Assembly: GCA_963801165.1 (NCBI GenBank)
Contig: CAWDDT010000009.1
Coordinates: forward strand, 512,001-576,000
DNA from: an uncultured bacterium
GTDB lineage: Bacteria > Actinomycetota > Acidimicrobiia > Spongiisociales > UBA5794
Reading direction: 5' to 3'
DNA length: 64,000 nucleotides
The translations under genes were made by a program, and so were the position numbers. Of this stretch, positions 56,312-64,000 are shown piece after piece (the stretch's first letter is position 1; every line of letters begins with the position of its first letter). A model generated the notes under the pieces. It was not told the DNA's origin. It worked only from the letters and a program-made list of their open reading frames with translations, and did not search any database.

Positions 56312-57322
56312 TCAGCGGGCGAGGGCGGGGGCCAGCCCGGCGGTTGCTCCCGCGATCAGCTCGGCTTCGAACAGCTGGGTGGTCTGCCGGTCGCCGCGCA
56401 GCTGGCCCGCCACCATCGTGGCGACCGTTTGCGCCATCCGGTCGACCGGCTGGCGGAGCGTGGTGAGCGTCGGGTTGTACATCGCCAGCAGGGGTGTTCC
56501 GTCGAACCCGATGATCGAGACGTCCGCCGGGACACCGAGACCCTGTCCCTGTGCGGACGCGACGGCGCCGAGCGCCATGATGTCGCTGATGGCAATCAGT
56601 GCGGTGGCGCCCTTGTCGAATAGCTCCTCGGCTGCGCACCTACCCCCCTCGATGGTGAACAACCCCTCGACCACGAGCTCGTCATCGAGGGTGATCGCGG
56701 CTTCCTTGAGCGCTTGCCAATAACCGGCGACCAAATCCTGAGGCGGTGCGTAGTCGAGGTCGCCGGGGATACAGCCGATGCGACGATGCCCCAGGTGGAC
56801 CAGATGCCGGATGGCCGATTGGGCCGCTCCAACCATGTCGACTGTCACCGCCGGGATCGGGCACGGCTGGGTGACACCGTTGACGAGCACCACCGCGATC
56901 CCGTCGGTCAGGAGACGCTCGTACGCTGCGTACCCGGTCGATCTGCGGGCGTAGCTGCCGTTGACGATGACGACTGCGCGCGCCCCCATCCGTAGGAAGT
57001 GGTGGATGTAGTCACGCTCGTGCGCCGTGGTCGGTGTGGCCGGGCCGATCATCGACAGGAGACCGTGGCGGGCGAGCTTCGACTCGATCGTCTGTGCGAT
57101 GAGCGGGAAGATCGGGTTGTCGAACTCGGGAGTGATGATGCCCACGGTGGTCCCGAGTTTGCGGACCCGGTCCGGCCCGAAGTTGTATCCGAGCTGGTTG
57201 AGGACATCGAGGACCCTGAGCCGGGTCGCCTCGGCCACTCCGGGGCGTTGGTTGAGGACGCGGCTGACCGTTGCTTCACTGACCTTGGCGCGTTGCGCAA
57301 CCTCGTAGAGCTTTGGTTTCAC
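56312..57322 (-). CDS. LacI family transcriptional regulator
   Basis: LYEVAQRAKVSEATVSRVLN and VP.DVSIIGFD...P.LTT. Confidence 0.95.
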   Translation of the reverse strand: MKPKLYEVAQRAKVSEATVSRVLNQRPGVAEATRLRVLDVLNQLGYNFGPDRVRKLGTTVGIITPEFDNPIFPLIAQTIESKLARHGLLSMIGPATPTTAHERDYIHHFLRMGARAVVIVNGSYARRSTGYAAYERLLTDGIAVVLVNGVTQPCPIPAVTVDMVGAAQSAIRHLVHLGHRRIGCIPGDLDYAPPQDLVAGYWQALKEAAITLDDELVVEGLFTIEGGRCAAEELFDKGATALIAISDIMALGAVASAQGQGLGVPADVSIIGFDGTPLLAMYNPTLTTLRQPVDRMAQTVATMVAGQLRGDRQTTQLFEAELIAGATAGLAPALAR

Positions 57323-57339
57323 CGGTCCTGCATTGATAG

Positions 57340-57420
57340 GACTTGCATTGTTAGCAGGATCATCACCGTTTGCAATAGTTTGCAAGATCTTGTGGAAATC
57401 TGGAAAGCGATTTGCTTTAA
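57340..57420. promoter_or_regulatory. AT-rich intergenic region with several TGCAA/TTGCA half-sites (putative LacI operators)
   Basis: TTGCAATAGTTTGCAAG and GGAAAGCGATTTGC between divergent lacI and malE. Confidence 0.45.
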
Positions 57421-57481
57421 TGCTCCTGTTGGGTGTGGGCGTCGTTCGATGTCCCACCCACGGGAAATGAGGAGGAAATCC

Positions 57482-58855
57482 ATGAGAAGGCGATTTAGCG
57501 CCTTTGCCGTCCTATTCGCCGCGTTCGCTCTGCTTGTAGCAGCGTGCGGGGGCGACTCGACGGAAGAGACCACAACAACTACCCAGGCGCCGGCGGCGAC
57601 GACAACGACCACCGCTGCTCCAGAGACAACCACAACCGAGGCGATGGAGGAGACCACCACCACCGCCATGGAGGAAGAGTCGACTACGACGACCACCGCA
57701 GCGGTTCGTGATCCCAACGCCGACCTGGTGATATGGGCCGACGACACCCGCGCTCCGATCATCCGCGATTTTGCCGACCAGTTCGCAGCAGACAACGGGC
57801 TGACGGTTGCCGTCCAGGAACTGGCCTTCGGTGACATCAGGGACCGTCTGATCGTTGCCGGGCCGGTTGGCGAAGGACCCGACATCATCATCGGCGCCCA
57901 TGACTGGCTCGGCCAGCTCGTGACCTCCGGGGTACTTGCTCCGGTCGACCTATCCGGTATCCAGGATCAGTTCAGTGACGCGTCGGTCCAGGCGTTCAAC
58001 TACGAGGGACAGATCTACGGTCTGCCATACGCGGTGGAGAACATCGCCTTGCTCCGGAACACCGATCTGGTGCCCGAGTCGCCGGCGACGTTCGAGGACC
58101 TGACCCAAACGGCGCTCGACCTGGTTGATCAGGGCAAGGCCACTGTTCCGCTTGCTCTTCAGGAGAACGGCAACGGTGATCCTTATCACAACTACCCGTT
58201 CTTCAGCGCACTCGGGGGATACGTCTTCGGGCTCAACCCCGACGGCAGCTACAACCCCGATGACGTGGGGATCGACAGTGAGGGCGGCCTGAAGGCAGCG
58301 CAGTGGTTCGCCGACCGTGCGGCCGATGGCCTCATCGACGACAACATGACATACGACATCATGATCGAGTCGTTCGGCAAGGGCAATGCGCCATTCGCCA
58401 TCACGGGCCCTTGGGCTGTTGCGCAGCCGGACAACGGCTTCGCAGCAACCGGCGTTCCGTACGTGGTCGAGCCGATCCCGACGGTCGAGGGCGGAACCCC
58501 GCACGTCTTCATCGGGGTGCAGGGCTTCATGGTCTCGGCATTCGCCGAGAACCCGCTGGCCGCCCAGACGTTCCTCACGGACTTCATGGCGACCGAGGAT
58601 GCCCAGTACGCAATGTACGAAGCAGGCGGCCGCCCACCGGCGAACCTGGCAGCATTCGATAGGGCATCGGCGGACCCCGACATCCAGGGCTTCGGCGAGT
58701 CCGGAATCAACGGCGTCCCGCAGCCATCCATTCCCGCGATGGGCTCGGTGTGGCAGGCGTGGACCGATGCCTACCAGTTGGTGCTGACGGGCAGCGACCC
58801 TGTGCAGGCGTTCAAAGATGCCGCTGAGCAGATCCGGAATCAGATCGGCGGCTGA
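57482..58855 (+). CDS. malE: maltose/maltodextrin ABC transporter substrate-binding lipoprotein
   Basis: Lipobox VAAC, GPDIIIGAHDWLG, YGLPYAVE, ITGPW and P.IPAMG.VW; GAGGAGG RBS. Confidence 0.9.
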   Translation: MRRRFSAFAVLFAAFALLVAACGGDSTEETTTTTQAPAATTTTTAAPETTTTEAMEETTTTAMEEESTTTTTAAVRDPNADLVIWADDTRAPIIRDFADQFAADNGLTVAVQELAFGDIRDRLIVAGPVGEGPDIIIGAHDWLGQLVTSGVLAPVDLSGIQDQFSDASVQAFNYEGQIYGLPYAVENIALLRNTDLVPESPATFEDLTQTALDLVDQGKATVPLALQENGNGDPYHNYPFFSALGGYVFGLNPDGSYNPDDVGIDSEGGLKAAQWFADRAADGLIDDNMTYDIMIESFGKGNAPFAITGPWAVAQPDNGFAATGVPYVVEPIPTVEGGTPHVFIGVQGFMVSAFAENPLAAQTFLTDFMATEDAQYAMYEAGGRPPANLAAFDRASADPDIQGFGESGINGVPQPSIPAMGSVWQAWTDAYQLVLTGSDPVQAFKDAAEQIRNQIGG

Positions 58856-60453
58856 TGACCCAACCCGGTCACACCAGCACTGCCGGCGAGACCGGAATGA
58901 AACCCGAGGGCCGGGGGAGATTCCCCCGGCCCTCGTTCACAGTCGCTCTGATCATCAAGCTGCTGTTCCTGGCGGTCGTCAACGCGCTGACGGTCTTCGC
59001 GATCGGTCCGCTCGCCGAGGCCAACCAGTGGCCCGGCCTGGTGATCGTGATCGTCGTCACGATCGGGATCGACTACGTCTATCTGTCGAAGCGGACTATG
59101 CCGCTCAAATACCTGGTACCGGGCACCATCTTCGCCCTCATGTTCCAGGTGTATCCGGTGCTCTACTCGGCGAATATCGCCATGACCAACTACGGCACCG
59201 GCCATGTGCTCACCAAGGAGCAAGCGCTCGCCCAGCTTGCCAGCCTGCCGTCGGTCGTCGAGGAGGGTGAGCGTTTCAAGATGACCGTTGTCGCCACCGA
59301 CGGTGGCAACGGAGATCTGGCGCTCTACCTGGTAGATGCCAACGGCGATGCGTTCCTCGGTACCCCGGACGGCCTCACCCCGGTCGATCCGGCGGACGTC
59401 ACCCTCGACGACAAAGGCCGGGTCGTGACACTTGGTGACTACACCTCGCTCAATCTGGGCCAAGCACAGGGCCGGCAGGATGAGTTGCAGACATTCCAGG
59501 TTCCCACCGATCGCGGCATCATCACCGTGCAATCATTGACAGCCGCTGTGATCAAGCCGTCGCGCTACCAGTACGAAGAGGCCACGGGCGAACTGACCGA
59601 TGTGGACACCGGCACCGTCTACACCCAGGAGCAGGGTACCTTCGTTGCCCCGGACGGCACCAAGGTCACCCCGGGATGGCGGGTCTACATCGGTTTCGAC
59701 AACTTTTCCGAAGTATTCACCTCGTCTGCTATCTCCGGTCCATTCGTCCGTGTGTTGATCTGGAACTTCGTGTTTGCCATCGGGTCGGTGTTCCTCACCT
59801 TCGTGCTCGGATTGGCCCTGGCGATGACCCTGAACCATCCGCGGCTCAAAGGGAGGAGGTTGTACCGAGCGTTGCTCGTGGTGCCGTATGCCCTGCCCAG
59901 CTTCATGACAGTTCTCGTGTGGCGCGGGATGTTCCAGCCGGACTACGGCGTCATCAACCAGATCTTCCACGCGAACATCAACTGGCTGCAGAGCGCCATT
60001 GTCGCCAAGGTCGCGATCCTGCTCGTCAACACATGGCTCGGTTACGCATACTTCTTCCTGGTCTCGACCGGGGCGTTGCAGGCGATCCCATCTGAATTAA
60101 CTGAGGCTGCCGAGGTTGACGGAGCGTCTCCGTGGCAGGCGTTCCGCAATGTGACGTTCCCGCTGCTGATGGTGGCGGTGGCGCCCCTCCTCATCTCGTC
60201 GTTCGCGTTCAACTTCAACAACTTCAATGTCATCTACCTGCTCACCGGGGGTGGCCCGCCGATTCCCGGCGCCCAAACACCGGCGGGTCACACCGACATC
60301 CTCATCAGCTACACGTACCGGCTGGCATTTGAGGGCGGTGGCGGCTCCGACTTCGGTCTGGCCTCTGCTATCTCGATCCTGATCTTCATAATCGTCGCCG
60401 GGATCTCGGCGATCAGCTTCACCCGTACCCGCGCCCTCGAGGAGCTTGCCTGA
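58855..60453 (+). CDS. malF: maltose/maltodextrin ABC transporter permease
   Basis: EAAEVDGA (EAA loop), FAFNFNNFN and TDILISYTY. Confidence 0.9.
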   Translation: MTQPGHTSTAGETGMKPEGRGRFPRPSFTVALIIKLLFLAVVNALTVFAIGPLAEANQWPGLVIVIVVTIGIDYVYLSKRTMPLKYLVPGTIFALMFQVYPVLYSANIAMTNYGTGHVLTKEQALAQLASLPSVVEEGERFKMTVVATDGGNGDLALYLVDANGDAFLGTPDGLTPVDPADVTLDDKGRVVTLGDYTSLNLGQAQGRQDELQTFQVPTDRGIITVQSLTAAVIKPSRYQYEEATGELTDVDTGTVYTQEQGTFVAPDGTKVTPGWRVYIGFDNFSEVFTSSAISGPFVRVLIWNFVFAIGSVFLTFVLGLALAMTLNHPRLKGRRLYRALLVVPYALPSFMTVLVWRGMFQPDYGVINQIFHANINWLQSAIVAKVAILLVNTWLGYAYFFLVSTGALQAIPSELTEAAEVDGASPWQAFRNVTFPLLMVAVAPLLISSFAFNFNNFNVIYLLTGGGPPIPGAQTPAGHTDILISYTYRLAFEGGGGSDFGLASAISILIFIIVAGISAISFTRTRALEELA

Positions 60454-61376
60454 TGGCTGTCACCGCTGAACATGGTGTCGGAGCCACCGAAAACCGCCGT
60501 GGCTTCGGTAAGTGGATGCGCACGCTGGGCTGGCGCCACCTGGTTGGGCTCATTGCGGTGGTCTTTGCCTTGTTCCCCGCCATATGGGTGGTATCGGCAT
60601 CCGTGAACCCGCTCGGCACGTTGGTGTCGCAGAAGCTGATCCCCTCCGACGCCAATCTCAACAACTATCGCGACTTGCTGCGTGGTTACACCGATTCCGG
60701 CCTTCAGGTTCCCTACAAGGCGTGGTACCTGAACACCATCCTGGTCGCCGGGGGGGCGGCGTTGGCCAACACTTTCCTGTCTGCGTTTGCCGCGTACGCC
60801 TTCAGCCGGATGCGCTTCAAGGGTCGTCGGGGTGGGCTCCTCAGCGTGCTATTGGTGCAGATGTTCCCGCAGACTCTGGCCTTCGTGGCCGTCTTCCTGA
60901 TCATGATCCAGCTTGGTGACGTGTTCCCGGCCATCGGTCTCGGTACCAGGTTCGGTCTGTTGCTTGTCTACATGGGTGGGGCGATGGGGGTCAACACCTG
61001 GCTGATGAAGGGGTTCTTCGACACGATCCCCACCGATCTCGACGAGTCGGCCCGGGTGGACGGGGCTTCGCAGCATCAGATCTTCTTCCGGATCATCCTC
61101 CCCCTGGTGACTCCGATTCTGGCGGTTGTGTTCCTGCTCTCGTTCATTTTCCTCATCAACGACGTCATCCTGGCCAGTGCCGTGCTGGGTCAAGGATCGC
61201 CCGACAACTTCACCCTGTCGGTTGGCCTCTTCCGATTCATCAACGACAACTTCAGTCTGCGCTGGGGGTTGTTCTCCGCGGGAGCCCTGATGGCCGGTAT
61301 CCCGGTGCTGGTGCTGTTCATGTTCCTGCAGCGCTACATCGTCTCCGGTCTCACCCAGGGTGCTGTCAAGGGCTGA
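60453..61376 (+). CDS. malG: maltose/maltodextrin ABC transporter permease
   Basis: AAYAFSR.RFKGR, QMFP, LDESARVDGA and GLTQGAVKG. Confidence 0.92.
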   Translation: MAVTAEHGVGATENRRGFGKWMRTLGWRHLVGLIAVVFALFPAIWVVSASVNPLGTLVSQKLIPSDANLNNYRDLLRGYTDSGLQVPYKAWYLNTILVAGGAALANTFLSAFAAYAFSRMRFKGRRGGLLSVLLVQMFPQTLAFVAVFLIMIQLGDVFPAIGLGTRFGLLLVYMGGAMGVNTWLMKGFFDTIPTDLDESARVDGASQHQIFFRIILPLVTPILAVVFLLSFIFLINDVILASAVLGQGSPDNFTLSVGLFRFINDNFSLRWGLFSAGALMAGIPVLVLFMFLQRYIVSGLTQGAVKG

Positions 61377-61421
61377 ATCGGCAGAGCCGATTCAGCTTGG
61401 AGTTCGGCAAGGCCGAACTCC
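61372..61421 (+). terminator. two adjacent hairpins at the end of malG
   Basis: GCTGAATCGGC-AGA-GCCGATTCAGC and GGAGTTCGGC-AAG-GCCGAACTCC. Confidence 0.6.
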
Positions 61422-61464
61422 CGGTTTCTTCACCCTGCCATTTCGGGCAGAGCCCGATTCAGCC

Positions 61465-61534
61465 TGGGAGCAAGCAGCAATCCCCCCATTTCGGGGGGAT
61501 CGGCCGGGCGTAGCCCGGGCGAGGGGGGAAGGAC
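61465..61534 (-). repeat. dispersed copy of the 8.4-kb structured repeat
   Basis: Reverse complement reads GTCCTTCCCCCCTCG-[hairpin]-CCGATCCCCCCGAAATGGGGGGATTGCTGCTTG. Confidence 0.85.
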
Positions 61535-61642
61535 ACACGGCGGTCGTCGCTGGTGTTGGCCCCTTCCCGTTCCAGCCCCTCCCTGCGGTCGGGTCTGGCC
61601 CCGCATCCCCGCAACGGGAAGGCTGCCATTCGAGGCGGCTGG

Positions 61643-63499
61643 TCACTTTCGGGATATCACCGCCGACCGGCCTTTGATGTGGAGTATGCCGTTGTGGTGG
61701 TCTCCGTGGCCCCAGACGGTGCCGGTCGAGCCCCCCACGTTGAGGCTCGTGGCGCGGGTGGAACGGTTGATCCCGACGATGTACCGGGCCCGGCCCATCC
61801 GGCGCTCGTAGGCCACGGCGTTTGCGCTTGCCGCCAGCGGCGCCCACTCACCGAGACGGAGCGCCGGGCTGCTGCGTCGCAATGCCGTGAGCTCGGCGAT
61901 CGTGGAGATGAGGCTCGGCTGCCGCTCCACCTGATCCCACGGCATCGTGCCGCGACAATGCGGGTCGTCGCCACCCTCGAGCCCGATCTCATCGCCGTAA
62001 TAGATCCCGGGTGCTCCCGGGTAGGTCATCTGAAACACGGTTGCCAGTTCGCTCCGCCACAGGTCACCGCCCGCGAGGGTGCGGAAGCGGGGCGTGTCGT
62101 GGCTGCCGATGAGGTTGTGATTTGCCAGGGTCACGGCATGTGGATACTGCCCGTAGAGCCGGGTGCAGTGGTCGAGCAGCTCGGGGCCGTCCATGTCGCT
62201 GCGGGCGAAGAACCCCAGCGCCAGCGCCCGGAAGGTGTAGTTCATGGTGGCGTCGAACGAATCGCCGCAAAGCCAATGCGATGCATCGCCCACCACCTCG
62301 GCGAGAAGGTAGGCGTCTGGCTTGACCGAGCGGCAAGCCTTGCGGAACTCGGGCCAGAAGTCGTCGTCGACGTAGCGGGCGACATCCATCCGCCAGCCGT
62401 CGATATCGAACTCGCGCAGCCAGTATTGCGCCGCTTCGAGCGCATGCGCACGAGGTGCCGGGTTGTGCAGCGCCAGCCGCGGCATGGTCGGCACCCCGAA
62501 CCAGGATTCGTACGTTGTCTCGATCGCCGGTCCCGGACCGGTCACTTCCTCGAGCTGCACACCGGTCCGTTCCTCCCAGACGGGCAGCGATTCCCGCATC
62601 CAACCCTTCAGCTTGTTTCTTCGCACCTTGATGCGTGGCGGCCAATCGCGGATCACGAACCAATCGGAGTACTGCGACTTCGGCCCCTTCGCCACCACGT
62701 CGGCGAAGGCAAAGAACCGGGGATGGACGTGGTTGAACGATGCATCGAGAACCACCCTGATGTCACGGGCGTGAGCGGCGGTGACCAGCCGGCGCAGCGC
62801 GCCGTCGCCACCAAACGCGGGATCGACCGAGAAGTAGTTGGTGATGTCGTACTTGTGCGTCGACGGCGACGCGAAGATCGGGTTGAGATATAGGACATCG
62901 ACACCGAGACCGACGATGTAATCGAGCCGCTGCACGATCCCGTCGAGATCGCCGCCCTGGAAGACCCGGTTCGAAGGTTTGCTTCCCCAGGCCGCGGTGT
63001 CCGGAGGATCGTTTGAGGGATCGCCGTTCTCGAAGCGGTCCGGGAAGATCTGATAGATCACGGCGCCTCTCACCCAATCCGGAGTATCGACGGGCGGTTG
63101 GCCGGCGTCTATCGGCCAGCGATCGAGACGCTCCACCGCCACTGCGACGCCCCACCGGGTGACGTAGACAGGGCTGGCGTTCTCGGTGCTCATGAAGGCG
63201 AAGCTGAGCCCGGCGGTGCCTGGAATCGGGCCTATGGTTGCCGACCATTGCACGAACCGGCCGGCGGTCACCGGGTGCAGTGGCACGCCGACGATGCCAT
63301 CGGAAGACCGCAGCACCACCCTGCCGTCGCTGAGGCCGGGCTCGGTGTGGATTCGGACCCGGAACCGTCCATCCCCGATGGGCTCGAGATCCGCCGGGTC
63401 GGTCGCATCGAACCGGATGTCCCATACGGCGACATCGCCCGGCAGTCCGTAGATGCCGAGGTCATCCTCGTATCTCCTGACCCGTGGTGACGAGGCCAA
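61643..63499 (-). CDS. GH13 neopullulanase/cyclomaltodextrinase
   Basis: YQIFPDRF, HKYD, DASFNH, DGWRMDVA and GSHDTPR; AAGGAG RBS before TTG at 63499. Confidence 0.92.
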   Translation of the reverse strand: MASSPRVRRYEDDLGIYGLPGDVAVWDIRFDATDPADLEPIGDGRFRVRIHTEPGLSDGRVVLRSSDGIVGVPLHPVTAGRFVQWSATIGPIPGTAGLSFAFMSTENASPVYVTRWGVAVAVERLDRWPIDAGQPPVDTPDWVRGAVIYQIFPDRFENGDPSNDPPDTAAWGSKPSNRVFQGGDLDGIVQRLDYIVGLGVDVLYLNPIFASPSTHKYDITNYFSVDPAFGGDGALRRLVTAAHARDIRVVLDASFNHVHPRFFAFADVVAKGPKSQYSDWFVIRDWPPRIKVRRNKLKGWMRESLPVWEERTGVQLEEVTGPGPAIETTYESWFGVPTMPRLALHNPAPRAHALEAAQYWLREFDIDGWRMDVARYVDDDFWPEFRKACRSVKPDAYLLAEVVGDASHWLCGDSFDATMNYTFRALALGFFARSDMDGPELLDHCTRLYGQYPHAVTLANHNLIGSHDTPRFRTLAGGDLWRSELATVFQMTYPGAPGIYYGDEIGLEGGDDPHCRGTMPWDQVERQPSLISTIAELTALRRSSPALRLGEWAPLAASANAVAYERRMGRARYIVGINRSTRATSLNVGGSTGTVWGHGDHHNGILHIKGRSAVISRK

Positions 63500-63567
63500 C
63501 CGCGCTCCTTTCGGCGGCTGTACCCAAGCACCACGAGCACCCGGTTGCAACCCCTTGCGGAGCCAGG

Positions 63568-63721
63568 GGTCACTTCTTCACAAAGGGCTTTGTCGATGGC
63601 TGGTGGAGCAGGGGATCAGCAAGGGCTGCAACCCGCCGGTCAACGACATGTTTTGCCCCAGCGCCCGGTCACCAGGGAACAGATGGCGGCGTTCATGCAC
63701 CGGGCAGCGCTGGTTCCCTGA
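63568..63721 (+). pseudogene. frameshifted S-layer homology (SLH) domain remnant
   Basis: WLVEQGISKGCNPPVNDMFCPS, then a 1-bp shift to PVTREQMAAFMHRA. Confidence 0.75.
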
Positions 63722-63731
63722 ACCGGTCGCC

Positions 63732-64000
63732 TCAGCCCACCCGCCAAACCGCCCCCGCGCGAGCCGGGACCGTGATGGTGCCGCCGATGGTGCTGGCGGT
63801 ACCCCAGAGGATCTCGAGCGATCCGGAGCCGATGGTCGCGGCCGCCGACCCGGCGCCGGCGTTGACGGCAACGAGCAACCTTTCGGTGTCATCGAATCGC
63901 TCGAAGACATAGAGGTGACCGTCGGCGGACACTTCCCGGTAGCCGGGCGCCCGCAGTGCGGGATGGGCGTGGCGAAGCGCGATGAGGCTGCGATGGGCGT
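63732..64000 (-). CDS. GH13 glycoside hydrolase, 3' part only
   Basis: HRSLIALRHAHPALR...LYVFER......LLVAVN C-terminal beta domain; runs off the window end. Confidence 0.8.
   Translation of the reverse strand, partial: AHRSLIALRHAHPALRAPGYREVSADGHLYVFERFDDTERLLVAVNAGAGSAAATIGSGSLEILWGTASTIGGTITVPARAGAVWRVG

Overview
High-GC bacterial chromosomal segment, most likely Actinomycetota class Acidimicrobiia (inferred from the F420-type LLM oxidoreductase, UvrD2-like helicase, WXG100 genes and a 'GCNPP' SLH fragment). About 55 CDS were called, mostly housekeeping or accessory metabolism: regulators, mgtE, pfkA, menH-like, proC plus proline dehydrogenase, pspA, an ECF sigma factor, and a maltodextrin ABC/GH13 cluster. 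No rRNA, tRNA, CRISPR array or transposase was seen. The best candidate for an undescribed system is a compact divergent type VII-like secretion locus at 31953-40623. One arm carries two WXG100 genes, an EccC/EssC-like FtsK ATPase and a DUF1023-like hydrolase. The other arm carries a LysM protein, a TcpC/VirB8-like conjugation-type protein and an EspG-like chaperone. No eccB, eccD or mycP homolog is recognisable in the window. Other highlights: two UGA-recoded selenoproteins truncated by the ORF track (Rdx CxxU and SelD UxxK); a flavin halogenase / cation-H+ antiporter / atypical DUF62 cluster; a Bacteroides-like fkp gene; a candidate 6C-like sRNA; a structured dispersed repeat; a ribbon-helix-helix-CheW fusion; a duplicated gene start flanking a DUF4265 gene; and a frameshifted SLH relic. 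All family calls come from motif recognition by eye, not from database searches.
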